64,000 bases of DNA from Haliotis cracherodii (lineage: Eukaryota), in NCBI RefSeq assembly GCF_022045235.1, contig NW_027266269.1, positions 8,308,001 through 8,372,000 of the forward strand. The letters run 5' to 3'. Shown piece by piece: positions 50,801-63,448 of the stretch (positions are counted from its first letter, which is position 1; every line of letters starts with the position of its first letter). Position numbers and translations under genes: made by a program. The notes beneath the pieces are model-generated. The model was not told the origin of the DNA, made no database searches, and saw only the letters and a list, made by a program, of their open reading frames with translations.

Positions 50801-52171
50801 AGTCAATATCAAAGCAATGTTATCACAAGGGTTGGGTGACAATTGTCTTTTTGTTATCATTTTTTGAACACATTGATCTTGTGATGAGTGGCGCCAGAGA
50901 CCTTTTAGTGCTGAAATTAAGAGTCAGAAGGGATGATCTTCGACTGTACCCATGGTATTCCTTTGTGACTTGGCCACTGAATAATACAATTAAAAATATA
51001 AACTAATGACTTAACTAGGAATATGTCTGAACATAAACAAAAAAACTCTTTTAGAAAAAATAAATGAAAATAAATGTCCATTTTTAAAAAAAAATCTAAG
51101 CTCCATATACTCTTGAGCAATAAATGATCATATTGTTAATAGTTGGTCCGGTAATAATAATACTAGGAAACATTCAACCCTACAACCACATATCAGACTG
51201 GACGCCGGTTGCCTACAGACTTCTGTTGTGTGGGACCGTATGATGGAAATTGGAGATAGGTGTCCTTGGGGTAATACTATGGTTAAAATAAGTGAAGCCC
51301 AATCTGGATTTAGAGAAGGCTATACAACTACCGATAATATGTTTATGCTACCTGCAATCGTACAAAAGTAGCAAAAGGGGGAAAGTTGGCCTTGCAAACG
51401 ACATAAGTTTTGGTCACTTCTGTATTCACATAATCTTAGTTGTAAAATGAGCACACTTCTATGTAATATTTATGAAAATGTTACAGTGTGTGTCAGAAAT
51501 AACCGAAAATTGACGGAAACGTTTGATAGAGAACTTGGAGTGAGACAAGGCTCCATACTAAGTCCTTTTTTGTTCTCATTTTTTATTAATGATTGGTTGG
51601 TTGGTTTGATGTTTAATGTCACTGATATTAATGAATTAGCAACACAAATTCAAGATAAGTGTGCAAATGGAATTCAACTACATCCTGACATGACACTATT
51701 ATGCAGGGATGATATTATAATATTCTCAAGTAGTACTGGTGACTTACAGACACAAATTAACAAATAAGAAAAATACTGTGATGAATGGAAATTAACTGTA
51801 AACAAAGATAAAACGAAGATCGTAGTTTTTAAATAGGGTGGGAATCTTGCTCAAAAGGAAAAATTGTTCTACAAATGGGAAGGCCTAGAAGTAGAAAGTA
51901 CCTCATTCTGCAAATGTTAAGGTGCATATTCTACAAATCATCTTACCTCGTCTATGCATGCAAAGCAAACATTAATGCAAGCTCAAAAAGTAATAATTTG
52001 TGTGCTTAAAGAAATCTATACTCTTGCAAATGTCATGTACAAGTCGTTCTTCAAGATATTTGATTTAAGGATAAGTCTGATATTGGTATATGGAGAAAAA
52101 AAATTATTATATGATGGTAATCTTTGATAAAAATGGAAAACGAATGTGGGTAACCGACGTTAACGACAATC

Positions 52172-52672
52172 TTCCTGAGGCGAGAGAGTTAACTGACTTT
52201 AAAAGTCCAGTTGCCACCCTTGTCGAACTAGGCTGGAATCCCGGGGCGCGATCGATGCACCACCAGCGGTTATTGCGAGTTATGTCCCTTCTAAGCCTCT
52301 CCTATCGACGAATCAGATTCAACCTCAAGTATCACTTGCATTTGTTTTAAACAAAATGGCGGTTATCAAGATCTTTATTGCGATAAAACAGCCTTACATC
52401 GCGAAGTGCATCAAATCACATGAGCACCTTGATTAAAAACATGACAAGATCTGGAAAATATCTGTTGACAGTGAGTTAGCGGTACACAGTCTTTGCAAAT
52501 CCTGCAATCTGCATGACAGTTTACCAACCGGATTTCGATTTCGTTGCACGGTTTTGATTGGACTATACTCAGACTTGTTAGTCCAGCCAAAATGTAACTC
52601 CATAATAGAAGCCTTTTTCGGCAAGGTTGGAAACTTGACTTTTAAAGTCAGTTAACTCTCTTGCCTCAGGAA
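52172..52672. mobile_element. ~500-bp MITE with 36-bp terminal inverted repeats
   Basis: ttcctgaggcgagagagttaactgactttaaaagtc ... gacttttaaagtcagttaactctcttgcctcaggaa (1 mismatch). Confidence 0.85.
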
Positions 52673-53185
52673 CATGTAAAAGACTTGCTGTTTCCGTTGG
52701 TTATGGCTATGTATGGTGTGAATAAAATATACAATATCATTCTTATTTCATTAGGTCATTAACACAAAGACTAAAATATATATATTTACAAAATTGTTTT
52801 AATCTGTATCTGAATCAAAAAAATGTATTTATTACAAAATGGTAAAAAATCATTTATATCCCGAACGGTATTTATCTTGTTTAAATTTTAAAAAATCCGG
52901 GTTTCGTGGTCAAGATTTTGATGTTGTTCACACGATGTATTTATTGAAACTTGGCATTACATGGGTATTAAAAGAGAAGAACGCATTTGGCACCTTTGCG
53001 CCCTGAATGACATTGAAGAGAAATAACACTTCTTTTTATATGCTCATTTTATGCAACATTAAGGGCTAATTACATACCTGAATATTACTATGTCAATCCC
53101 AATTTCTTTAAATTCACATCTCTGTTTAACAACTCGAAGTTGTTACTTTTACAAAATTTATCTGTGTACATTCATTATGAAATGG

Positions 53186-53407
53186 GGGGCACAGGTGGCC
53201 CAGTCGTATAGGGCGCCGCGATTCGCTGTGCAGCGTTGCGTCCCTTAGGCACGTCAGAGACCTATGATTGTGGGTTCGAATCCCAGTTCGCCCTGATCAT
53301 GTTTCTAGGTTTGTCAGCACAATACCCATTCTCGTGGGTTTCACACGCTGTGATATAACTGGAATAATATTAAAAGTGGCGTTCAACCAAATTCACCCAC
53401 TCACTCA
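53186..53407 (+). mobile_element. tRNA-derived SINE
   Basis: ggggcacaggtggcccagtcg A-box-like sequence, ggttcgaatccc B-box, cactcactca tail. Confidence 0.8.
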
Positions 53408-53744
53408 TTATGCAATGTGACACGGGAAATATATTATGTTCTTGTATCTGCTGCTCAGAATGTACTAATTATAAATGTTCTATAAGTCTGCGTACGGAAA
53501 TAAAGATTGACTCTAAACATGCTGAATAAAGTAGTGTCATAATCTTGCACCCCTTTGGACTCAAACATGGGCAATAAGCATGGTACGCATTACCACCCTG
53601 TGATATTCACAGTGGAATATTAGCGCAGTCTTTGTAATATTTCAAACTTATTTCACCATACAACTACCACAGTCACTGACAATAGCAATATTTTACTTGT
53701 AATAGCAATATTTTGTGGTTGCAGCAACATCCAGGTTCAGAAAG

Positions 53745-55988
53745 ATGCTTCCTTACAGAAGATCTGGTTGTACGCTTCAAATAGTTTGCACTGTTTTTAT
53801 CGTGGTGGTCACTGCAACATTTGACCAAGAGAGGCAGCCAGTCGGACCGGAAATGTGCAAAGATCACTGTGGCAAATGCAATAATTGCACTTTTTGCGTA
53901 TTTCTGATAAAAAGGCTGGCCTGCATAGCGACATGGTCCAAATATCCACAACAGACAAACGGAGAGGAGGCAGTCCTTCTAGACATCAGCAAGGTACCAG
54001 GTTTTACTTAGACTATCGGAAATGTCTTGTTAAAGATAAAGGTTAATGAAACAGAGAAGTTCAACTTATATTTATTCATTTATATTATTCTAAGTACTTG
54101 GTATGAATACTGATATGAAATGGATGTTTCTGTCCTAGAATGCACAAGGATCTATTTCTCAGAGAGATGAGCTTTCTGTTGTTTGTAATGCAATAATTGT
54201 GTGCGATTCCTTTATGTATATTCTAAGTAATTTGTATGACTACATTTCTAACATCAAAGAGTCTGTCCTAGGAAAGACATGGCTCGATTTCACAAAGAAA
54301 GGGAATATGTGAAGAGAAAGAATCAAGGATTGTTTTTACCAGATCAAATGACTTTCGATGTATAAAACGTAAGTGTTCAATATTTGCTCTTGTACTTATT
54401 TGAAGACATGCTAACCACAAGATGATAAATAATGATGTTTAATCTAATTATTTGGATGCCAGATTTCACATGTTTAATTATGGCAAAAACTTTGAAAGTC
54501 GTCCTTTTTCCACCTTGCAATAGCTAGTTGACAAAGGTTACATTTGCATAGTTATTTATAGCAACACAGCTATTAACATCATTCTCTCTCAGTCAACCAT
54601 ATTATGTACCTTGTCACTCTAACTATAAATCATGCTCTCTCGATAAACACATCTCGTGTCGTGACTGAGACGACATGGGAGTTACAGCGTTGATTCATGA
54701 TGGTAATGATGCTGACTAGTGTATCTGTAAGGATTCAACAAACTAAGCATTTCCTCTGCTATCAATTAATTTCCCCCAACATGCTTTGTAAAGCAAACAA
54801 CTGATAATTTGTTGTAATTATGACACTCAATGTATACGAAACAGAACGATTTGACTACAGTCAATCATTTTGCCCACGAACATCTGAGGCGCTTATAGAT
54901 TGCACACGACCCGTGAATATTCCGGGATAGAATAGGTCTTCCTAAACCCATGCTTGCCGTAAAAGGTGACTATGCTTGTTGTAAAAGCCGACTAACAGGC
55001 TCACTGACTTGGTTGATGCATCAACTGGATTGCCTGGTCCAGACTCGATTATTTACAAATCGCCGTCATATATCTGGAATATTGCTAATTTTGGCTTTAA
55101 ACAACAAACCAAACCAAACCAAACATGGATTACACACTTATTTTTCGATTCATTACCTGATCACCACAAATACATGTTTCTTGTACCCGTCAGTCACTAT
55201 ATAAAATATAAAATTATCTTCTTCCAGTGAGAACAGAGGAAAAGACTGGTCTCTTGATTGCAGCCGAGGCCTTTGCGCAGGTACCATTACGTGCATTCAA
55301 CCTTCTGAACAGGACCATTACCACGTATCGTCATATAAAACCACGGTATGTCAATGCCATAGCATATGTAGCAACAATCCAACACGTTTTGATGTCTACC
55401 TCCATACAGAAGAACATCCTATCCTTCTCATTACATACTAATGTCGGTGTCACCGTAAGGAGGAAGATATCTGCTGCGGCAATTGCAGTGGATGATGCTC
55501 AACACCTGGTGTTCCTGGCTACATGGTGGCCATTTTCCTGTGTAACTAGCATGACACCTGATGGGAGATATTTCAAGAACATCACCTGTCAAATTAATTC
55601 ACGGGTTATTTGTGTTGATACAAGGCGAGATCTATTGTATGTCTCCAACAAGAGAGCTATCTACTCGTTCACATACGATGGGCAATGGCGGAAGCGGATA
55701 GCATCATCACATAGAGTGTATGGCATGACTCTGAGTGAAAATGGAGACATGATTTATTATGGCGACCAAGACAATATCATGGAATTGAACTTGGTCAGAA
55801 ACAGAACAAAAAGAAAAGTAAATGAGAGACATATTTGGGTGAGGAACATTCTATATAATAAAGGTTTTCTGTACATCAGTTCTCGGAAAAGCAAGTACAT
55901 CTATGTTGTGCATGAGTCAAATTATTCTTATTTAAGGGGAGCTTATCCTAGAGGTACAAGTCAGTCATCGATAGCTCTGGTGCCATAA
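53745..55988 (+). CDS. Secreted PAN/apple-like + YWTD/LY-type six-bladed beta-propeller protein, copy B, 368 aa (exons 53745-53993, 54272-54368, 55228-55988)
   Basis: Hydrophobic signal-like N-terminus (LQIVCTVFIVVVTA); C-x3-C-x5-C-x11-C cysteine spacing typical of the PAN core; blade repeats AIAYV, AIAVDDAQHLVFLA..MTPDGR, ICVDTRRDLLYVS..FTYDGQ, GMTLSENGDMIYY, ILYNKGFLYIS; phases 0/0 and 1/1 fit; 1107 nt open. Confidence 0.82.
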
Positions 55989-56399
55989 GGTGCTTGACAT
56001 GCTTAAATGAAATTGCATTATAAGGTACGATTCTATACATATATGATCTAAATGTTTTTAGAAATATATACTCCCTGAAATGTGTCTGTAGCAACAATAT
56101 CTTCAGTCCTTAGATATATCTGCTCATTGTAATTGTCGTTCATTAAAACTGTTAAATGACATCATACTCCTTATGCAGGCCAAGTGTTTAGGTCTCTAAG
56201 GTCATGACCAGGTTTTGCTGTTCGCAGGGGTTGAAGACCCCACATCCTTGGTTAACGTACGAAGCTACCGATTGACTCTAGGTTGCAAACGTAAACCTGT
56301 CGTCTGTAAGGATCGTATGTAATCCAGTCGTGAGTTCTTCAAATTGAAAACGCATACGATTTCAGGGCTAGGAATACCTCTCAGATATTAAAGATACAT

Positions 56400-59300
56400 A
56401 GAGGATTCACCACTGTGTTCGGTTGTTACCGAAAAATCTATACACGAGTGATTAATCTGTCACGATTAGAACGAGGCTTTGCCGAGTTCTAATCGTGGCA
56501 GATTAATCACGAGTTCTAATTAATAACGAGTTCTAATTTCCGAGTTCTAATTGTGGCAGATAAATCACAAAAGTGTAGATTTTCCCTTTTCTCCCATAAC
56601 AATATGCCATAAAAAGTCGAGCTCGTAATTGAAGATTTCCCGTGTTTAGTAACCACTCGGGATTCCCCCAGCCTTGTTTTCGAATATGGTAAGTAGGACA
56701 ACTGCACAATAAACTGGCTAAAAGGATCTAGCGAAGACAACTCACACAAGTTTTCCGTGACAGGCAAGCCACTTGTTAGCATTCACATTATGTTTTTGTT
56801 AAATGTTAATAGCTGATGGGAGTAACGTTTTGAGAATTAGTAATGCGATTTGATATTTGTTTAATGGTTTTGGATTACTCGGACCATAACTTTATTTGCA
56901 TTTGTATCGGCGTGACTATCATTCTCAATGCGCAACACCAAATAGGCCCACCTTTTCAGTGTATGTAAATACGTTAATCATTTATTTGTTCACTAGAAAC
57001 AAATGTTATAAACCCAATTAAGAGAAAATTAAATATATATATTGTGAAATATTGTTAACGAAAAACAAGTTCCTAAAGGAACTGTCAGCAGGATTGATCA
57101 GGCAAGATTCTATAAATACAAACTCAGGCAACTGATCAGCTGATCAAATCTTCTGAAATCGATCAATGGATTGATATATTTTTGGACGAATTTTCAGCTA
57201 TAAAACTAATTTTACAGTGAATATTTTAATATGTAAAATGATGACTATTTCATGTCATCTTTTTTGGAATATTGTTTTGTTCCTGAACATGGTGAGCACA
57301 TGTGTTTTTATCATATAAAAAAACACTTATTCAGGGGATATTTTTTCTTTTGAACATAATATTTAACATCAAGACACCACAAATGTCACTAAATGAATTA
57401 TCTAATTTCCCCATATTTGTGAATGACAAGAAACAATGTGAATTTGACAAGCACAATAATTTATTGTGCGTGAAACATAAATGCAAAGGACATGTAAACA
57501 ATAAACTTTCATTTCGGTAGCTCTACAAATATTTGCATTTTTATACCCTTGTAATTTTACATTGTTATTTTACTGCAACAGTTTCCGCCAAACTTTATTC
57601 TTTTGTTATTATATCAGATTCGTAGTTAAGACTTACAGATTAACATTTTCTTCTTTTTATCTTCATGAAAACAAGACATAATGATAAATAAATTTGTGTG
57701 ACCAGTTCATATGTGATTTTTTTGGTAAAAAGTATCAAATTAAAATTAGACATTGCTAATGTAAAGAAATTAGGTTTATGGTAAAATGTTATAAGAGGAC
57801 CTCTTGTTGGTCACTTCTTCATCACCCATACATTTGAGTTTTTCTTTGCTTACCATTTTCTGAAAATTTACACATTAGAATAATTTCAGGACTCTGATTA
57901 AAATAGCGACACAGCTTTCCACTCCCAGGCAGACAATTATATTATGTGAAAAAGTAAACCACTGTAAACCTTGTAATGGGACAAAAATAAATAAAAATGC
58001 ATTTCTGATTTTGTCTTATGTCCAGTTTATCATCCCTGGAAATTCTAAATAATTATCTTTATCTGCTATGATAATATAGCAATTGCATTATTAAAGACGT
58101 GTTTTTATCAGTAATCATGGTAAATAATAAATCTTTGGTTTAAAGAATATATATACATGAGACAAACCTAATTCTACATGTCTTAATACTCTGTATTGTC
58201 TGTTAATTCTGAAAATAATTAACTGTGATATTGAGTTTCTACCTAAAACTAATAATATGATATTAATTTTGAGATTATTACATCCTATCTAAAATACAAA
58301 ATATATTATAAGAAGCATACATCATTGTTGAAAAAGAAATATTGTTTTTGAAAAAAAACACCTAACAAGGTTGATTGGTGCCCACCATCTTTATCTTCAT
58401 CATTTTGTCTGCTCCCTATAATAAATCAAAATAGTTAAGAAAAAATATATAAACATATATTACTCTGGATTTTATTTAGATTCAGGTATGACTTAATACA
58501 TTCAAGTATAAACGGGGTAATGCTGTTTTTTTCATAATGCGTTTCTTAATTTCCTGAGATAGTATGTTTAAATAATTGAAGTCTTCATGTTTAAAAAAAA
58601 ACACCAAATAATTATAGGCCAAAATACATTAATTAAATTGATCTCGATAAACTCCACCTGTTGAAAGGGGAAACTGCTGTGGTTGCAAAACATCTTGGTC
58701 GTGAGGTTATACGGTCCGTCCGGAAAATATTGATGTATCCTGCATTAAAATTGAGTATTGCTTTAGATCCAAATTATCTGAGTGTTTATTTTCTTAAAAT
58801 ATGAAATTTAAGTCTCGATTATTTTAATAGAACTATGAAATATGTTTTTGATCGATCGGCTCTAGATCAACACTTCGTAACGTGACATTTCTCTTGTGGT
58901 TGACATTTTTTTTTGTTTTTTTTAAATACCAAACAATATGGTTTGTTTCAATATTTCATCGGCATTTTAACATGAATTAATTAACTGTTTCATTAGCTTT
59001 GTTATTAGCTTTGAAAACACCCAGTAAAGAATGTACCTGAGTTGCTCACCTGGTCCTGTAATATCGATGTGGTATCTCACTTCGGTTACCGTCTTCTCCT
59101 TCTGGAACTGAATCTGGTACATTGGGAAGCCGAAATTCTCTGATATATCTTCAAATATCACACCCATTCTTTCCCCAGAAATTTTCTCTCATTCACCAAC
59201 TTTCGGCAATTGAAACATTGTCACTACGGTAATGTTTTGCCAGCTGGGGATTTCCTGTACTGGACGACCTCGGGTATCCCCGATCCGAAAATAATGCCTT

Positions 59301-59452
59301 CAATCATTTTTAGCCAGCAAATCAAAACGCGATTACACAACTCTCCACTCTCAGCCAGCTAATCATATTGAGTGAAAAAAATAAACCACTGCGAATAAAC
59401 CGCTGCTGGCGATTGAAGATCAAGCCCTGTTATGGGAGAAAAATACATTATA
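56400..59452. mobile_element. ~3-kb AT-rich insertion specific to unit 2, with a terminal hairpin and subterminal inverted repeat (class uncertain)
   Basis: Absent at the paralogous site in unit 1 (~31440). Hairpin at 56448-56510; ttttctcccataac (~56587) and gttatgggagaaaa (~59430) are inverted copies. Confidence 0.65.
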
Positions 59453-62228
59453 ATCGTGAAGACAAGAAGTCTAGTGGTTAAGGCTATGTCACATCCTCTC
59501 TAAGCAGGTATCTTTTTGTAACTGGATCTTGCTTGAAGCAAGTGGGTGAAGATCATTGCCTGTGGTAGGCGTATGCCGACCTAGAAAAGAGTTTTGTAAC
59601 ACATCCTCACATAGAAGTAGCTGCATTTCGTGAAGCGCCCAAAACATTCACACCAGAAATATGTGTTAGGAACCATTTGACCAAATCCGGTGACAGCTAT
59701 CTGACTTCACCAACTCCACTTCCGGTTTTGTCACACCACCACAGAACACATTTTGAACAGAAAATACAATGTTACTTGTTCCAAATCTAAAAACACTTCA
59801 GTTTTGGGAAATCACATACCCCAAGCAGTAAAAACACATCACGTTCTGGTGGTAAACATATGTCAAATGCCAGACAACTATACAACAGAAAGTCACATTC
59901 TTCCAGCTAGCTTAATGGGAAAGTCACATGCACTTCTGGCATTGACCCTTAATTTTGTGATAATTTCTCGTTGAAAACCTGTGTGCTTTCTCTTACAAAC
60001 ATGTCACACAGGGAACTTGTGCAGGAACAAGGAGACAAAACTACTTTTGAACTGAACAGCACATTTACCTACCCCGGGAATGTTCCAAATTTCATCTTAC
60101 AACACTGAACACGCCTTGAGCTATCACAAATATAATATGTTTCCTTGTGTATGACTTTGAGAGTTAATTTGACTTTCAGTTTATGAGAAAACTATTTCAA
60201 GAACATCCTAACAACATTTGTACGATGCTGATAGAATAAAATGTAGGACTTATTTGTAATGGATTATTACCAATTGATTATAATGTAATATAATTGTGTT
60301 AGATTGTATTGCATGTTGTATCCACGGTGACGTAGATTACAACGCTTATGCCGCGGATATACAACTAAATCCGAAGGATGATCAATCAAAAACCATAAGG
60401 TTTTTTTCCTTGTTCAAATGAAATTTCCGTACATCCATTCAGCATAACATCACGCAAATCTTACAAAACGAAATATTTATCTCCTAAATGATCAACTTAA
60501 AATGCTCACAATAGAAGGATAAAAACAACATCGCACGAACAGCTTGTGTGCAATTCTCTTCCTTCTTCGGTGACAACTGTGTAGATATGAATTCCACGTA
60601 CACATAGTTGGTAACAGACACAATATTTGGAAATCTCTACCTGTAAATTATATTTATAACATGACTAATAGAATGTATCAAAGACAACAATATCCAACTT
60701 CTCACTTACCTATAGACTGAAAGTCGATCGTTGATTAGATAAGGCAAAGTGTATGAGTGAGTGAGTAAGCAAGTAAAAAATTGCAACAACCAATGCTGAT
60801 ATCAGTGACAGGAAGATTCGCTTGACAGTGCTTCAAGACTCCTTGTCAACTCTCCAGCCTCAACTGCAGGTAACTTACGTCGTAAGCTTCCAAGGTGGCG
60901 ATCTCAGATGAATTTGGAGCAGTTTAATCAGAACTCAACTTGTTCAGAAAACAGATCTATCTGAGACTTAGTTACCGATTAACGACTAGAGAGTTTTAGA
61001 CAAGACGTTAACTGAATATGGTTCACGCAAGCGTTAAGAACCTGCAAGTGGAACATAATAACATAACGAACATAAACTTCGTCTCGACTAAGGACGAGCC
61101 ATGACAGGTGAGGCCTTCTCCACACTAAGCATATGAAAGCAGACGGCGATCTTGCCGTAAGCAAATATTTGAATTCACAACAAGCCAAAAATATCGACAG
61201 TCATGAACCTCAACACAGGGTGTGAATTATGGCTTGAAAAACCCACACGATCACAAAGCATTAATGACTGCCTTTGTTTGCCGGATTTGGGGCTGTTCTG
61301 ATTTTGCATTGAACTGTTTGTTCTGACATATACATGTAATTCACATAGTTGACAAAACCCCAAAATCCGTCAAATTTATACATAACTGACAATCTAAAAG
61401 TTTTGTCATTGAAATGAATCACTTACTGGGCCTGTGTCGTTTGATATGACGGTTTACAACTGAAAATCAAACATTTTCAAATGATGATGATTGAGATATT
61501 GAGAATGCTCTAACGACTTTTTGATACTAAATATATTCATAAATAAAGATAAGCATCTCACCAAACCGAATTTTTCTGTATAGTAAATGAGAATCACGAA
61601 CATGATAAAACAATTTTGAGCCTGAATGAAATATTAATTGGGAAATGGTTGCCCAAACACCAGTACTGTTACAACACAACACCAACTATAAGTATAGCAC
61701 TGCTAATCTGGAACAATGTCTGTCTGTCTGTCTGTCTGAAGCCTATTTCTGGTGTCTCCCTCCGTGTTATTCCTGGAATATTGCTAAAAGCAGCGTAAAA
61801 CCATACTCACTCAGTCAAGCTATATGGTGGCGACAGGAATACAGCCCTTCTGACAATTGCAGAAGGCTGCAGTGTTTGGGAGTCTTCACATTTTCCGAAA
61901 CGTTCTTGGTTGGTATGGCAAGGAAGCGCATCCCGGGATTAGTCCCATTTGCTGTCTGAATCGATTGTTTATTTGTTGTTCACTACCGCACTCGGCAATA
62001 TTCCAGCTATATGACGGCGATCTGTACATAAGGACATCTGGACAAGACAATCGAGTGATTGCCATCATGGGCATCGATCCATGAAACTGGGATACAATGA
62101 CATGCATAAAGCAGGTAAGCGAGCAGTTATGCTTCTCACGGCTATTAGAACTTTTCTTAACCAGATCTTCATGGGTCGATAATACATCTAAGGGCTCATA
62201 AGGAAACTATAGCTACTTGACTTCTCAC

Positions 62229-62443
62229 AATTTCAGTATCATTAGCTGGAACAGTGTTGTAGGCGTATCCGTAGGGCGTCAGCAGATACTGGGAATAGCA
62301 GTGGACGGAGATGTATGCGGAAATGGCGCCCTTTGTCGCCTTGATGGAGCTGACCAGGTCACGCATGTTGCGACTCTCCGCCTGAGAGAAGGCACTGGGG
62401 CCTCGATATGTGTCTGATGCACAGCTGCAAGAAGAACCACCTC
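62229..62443 (-). pseudogene. Orphan M14A carboxypeptidase exon, unit 2
   Basis: GGSSCSCASDTYRGPSAFSQAESRNMRD...AYISVHCYSQYLLTPYGY...PANDTEI; 215 nt, open, splice sites intact. Confidence 0.8.
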
Positions 62444-63254
62444 CTGAAGGTCAGTTCAGGTCAGGTCAGGTCAGGTGAAATTGTGTTAAACGTCGCTTTC
62501 AAGATCATTGCACGTTTATAGGGACGTGCATGCACGTATGTGTGTAGCTGCTTGTACTAGTCCGGACGGATGCTGATTTTATACTACTAGCCCCCTGAGA
62601 TACCATGACACAGTGTACTGACTCCGAGCCCACCAGTTTTTGTTTTAGCCCCTTAATTCCGAGCGGCAGGCAGGGTAACAATAAGTACCTTCTTTTAACG
62701 TCTTTTTGGTATTACGCGGTCGGGGATCGAACGCCGGACCTTCCCCTGTTTGGAATGAGCTCGACGAAGGAGGCGATCTTCGTGTTAAACAGAAGCTGAG
62801 AAGAACGGCCAGGTGAAACAACGCCTGAAGATTGAACCATTATATTGACGTCACGCTCTTCTTGTTGCAGTCAGTAATTATATAAAGTTGAAGACAAAAT
62901 ATATATCAACCATGACATAGTATGAATCGGAGTGAGTGGGTGATTGTGGAAATATCACGGCGGAGGACACCAGAAATGGGCTTCACACATTTTTTTCCCA
63001 TGTAGGGAATCGAACCCGGGCCTTCAGCGTGACGAGCGAACGCTTTCACCACTAGGCTTCCCTACCGCCCCGAATCGGGAAATAGAATCAACAGATTCTC
63101 CTGATTTCACCGAACACACAGACAGACAAGTACGCAGTGCGTATCACGTCTTTACACCACAGAGAAGAACCTGATATCCAGGAACTGTTCTGTCAACAAC
63201 TGCCTGACGAACGGACCAAATTAAAGTCTTTATACTTTAGACCTCTATAACTCG

Positions 63255-63448
63255 GAACTCCAGACCGGCTACCGGAATTTAGACAAGACGCTGTGTCTCA
63301 TCAAAGGCTATCAGTACTCAGACAAGACGCTGTGATTCGTCAAAGGCTATCAGTACACAGACAAGAGGTTGTGTCTCGTCAAAGGCTACCAGAACTGAGA
63401 CAAGACGCTGTGTCTCATCAAAGGCTACCACAACTAATGCTATCAGAA
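63255..63448 (+). repeat. Short paralogous 39-bp minisatellite (~5 copies) at the end of unit 2
   Basis: agacaagacgctgtgtctcatcaaaggcta units. Confidence 0.9.

Larger units (their letters stand above)
51290..53510 (+). mobile_element. Decayed RTE-X/CR1-like LINE specific to unit 2, interrupted by a MITE and a SINE
   Basis: ISEAQSGFREGYTTTDNMF, GVRQGSILSPFLF and REERIWHLC...; similar to 13269-15100. Confidence 0.8.
44804..63448 (+). repeat. Tandem segmental duplication unit 2 (18.6 kb)
   Basis: Same order of blocks as unit 1; begins with the junction aatgctatcagaa|ctcgctgact. Confidence 0.93.

Noticed and set aside
53186-53300. tRNA-like sequences with ggttcgaatccc (also 3795-4058, 11780-11866, 704-860)
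   Set aside because: They are heads of multi-copy SINEs with bodies, tails and a TSD in one case, not intact cloverleaf tRNA genes.
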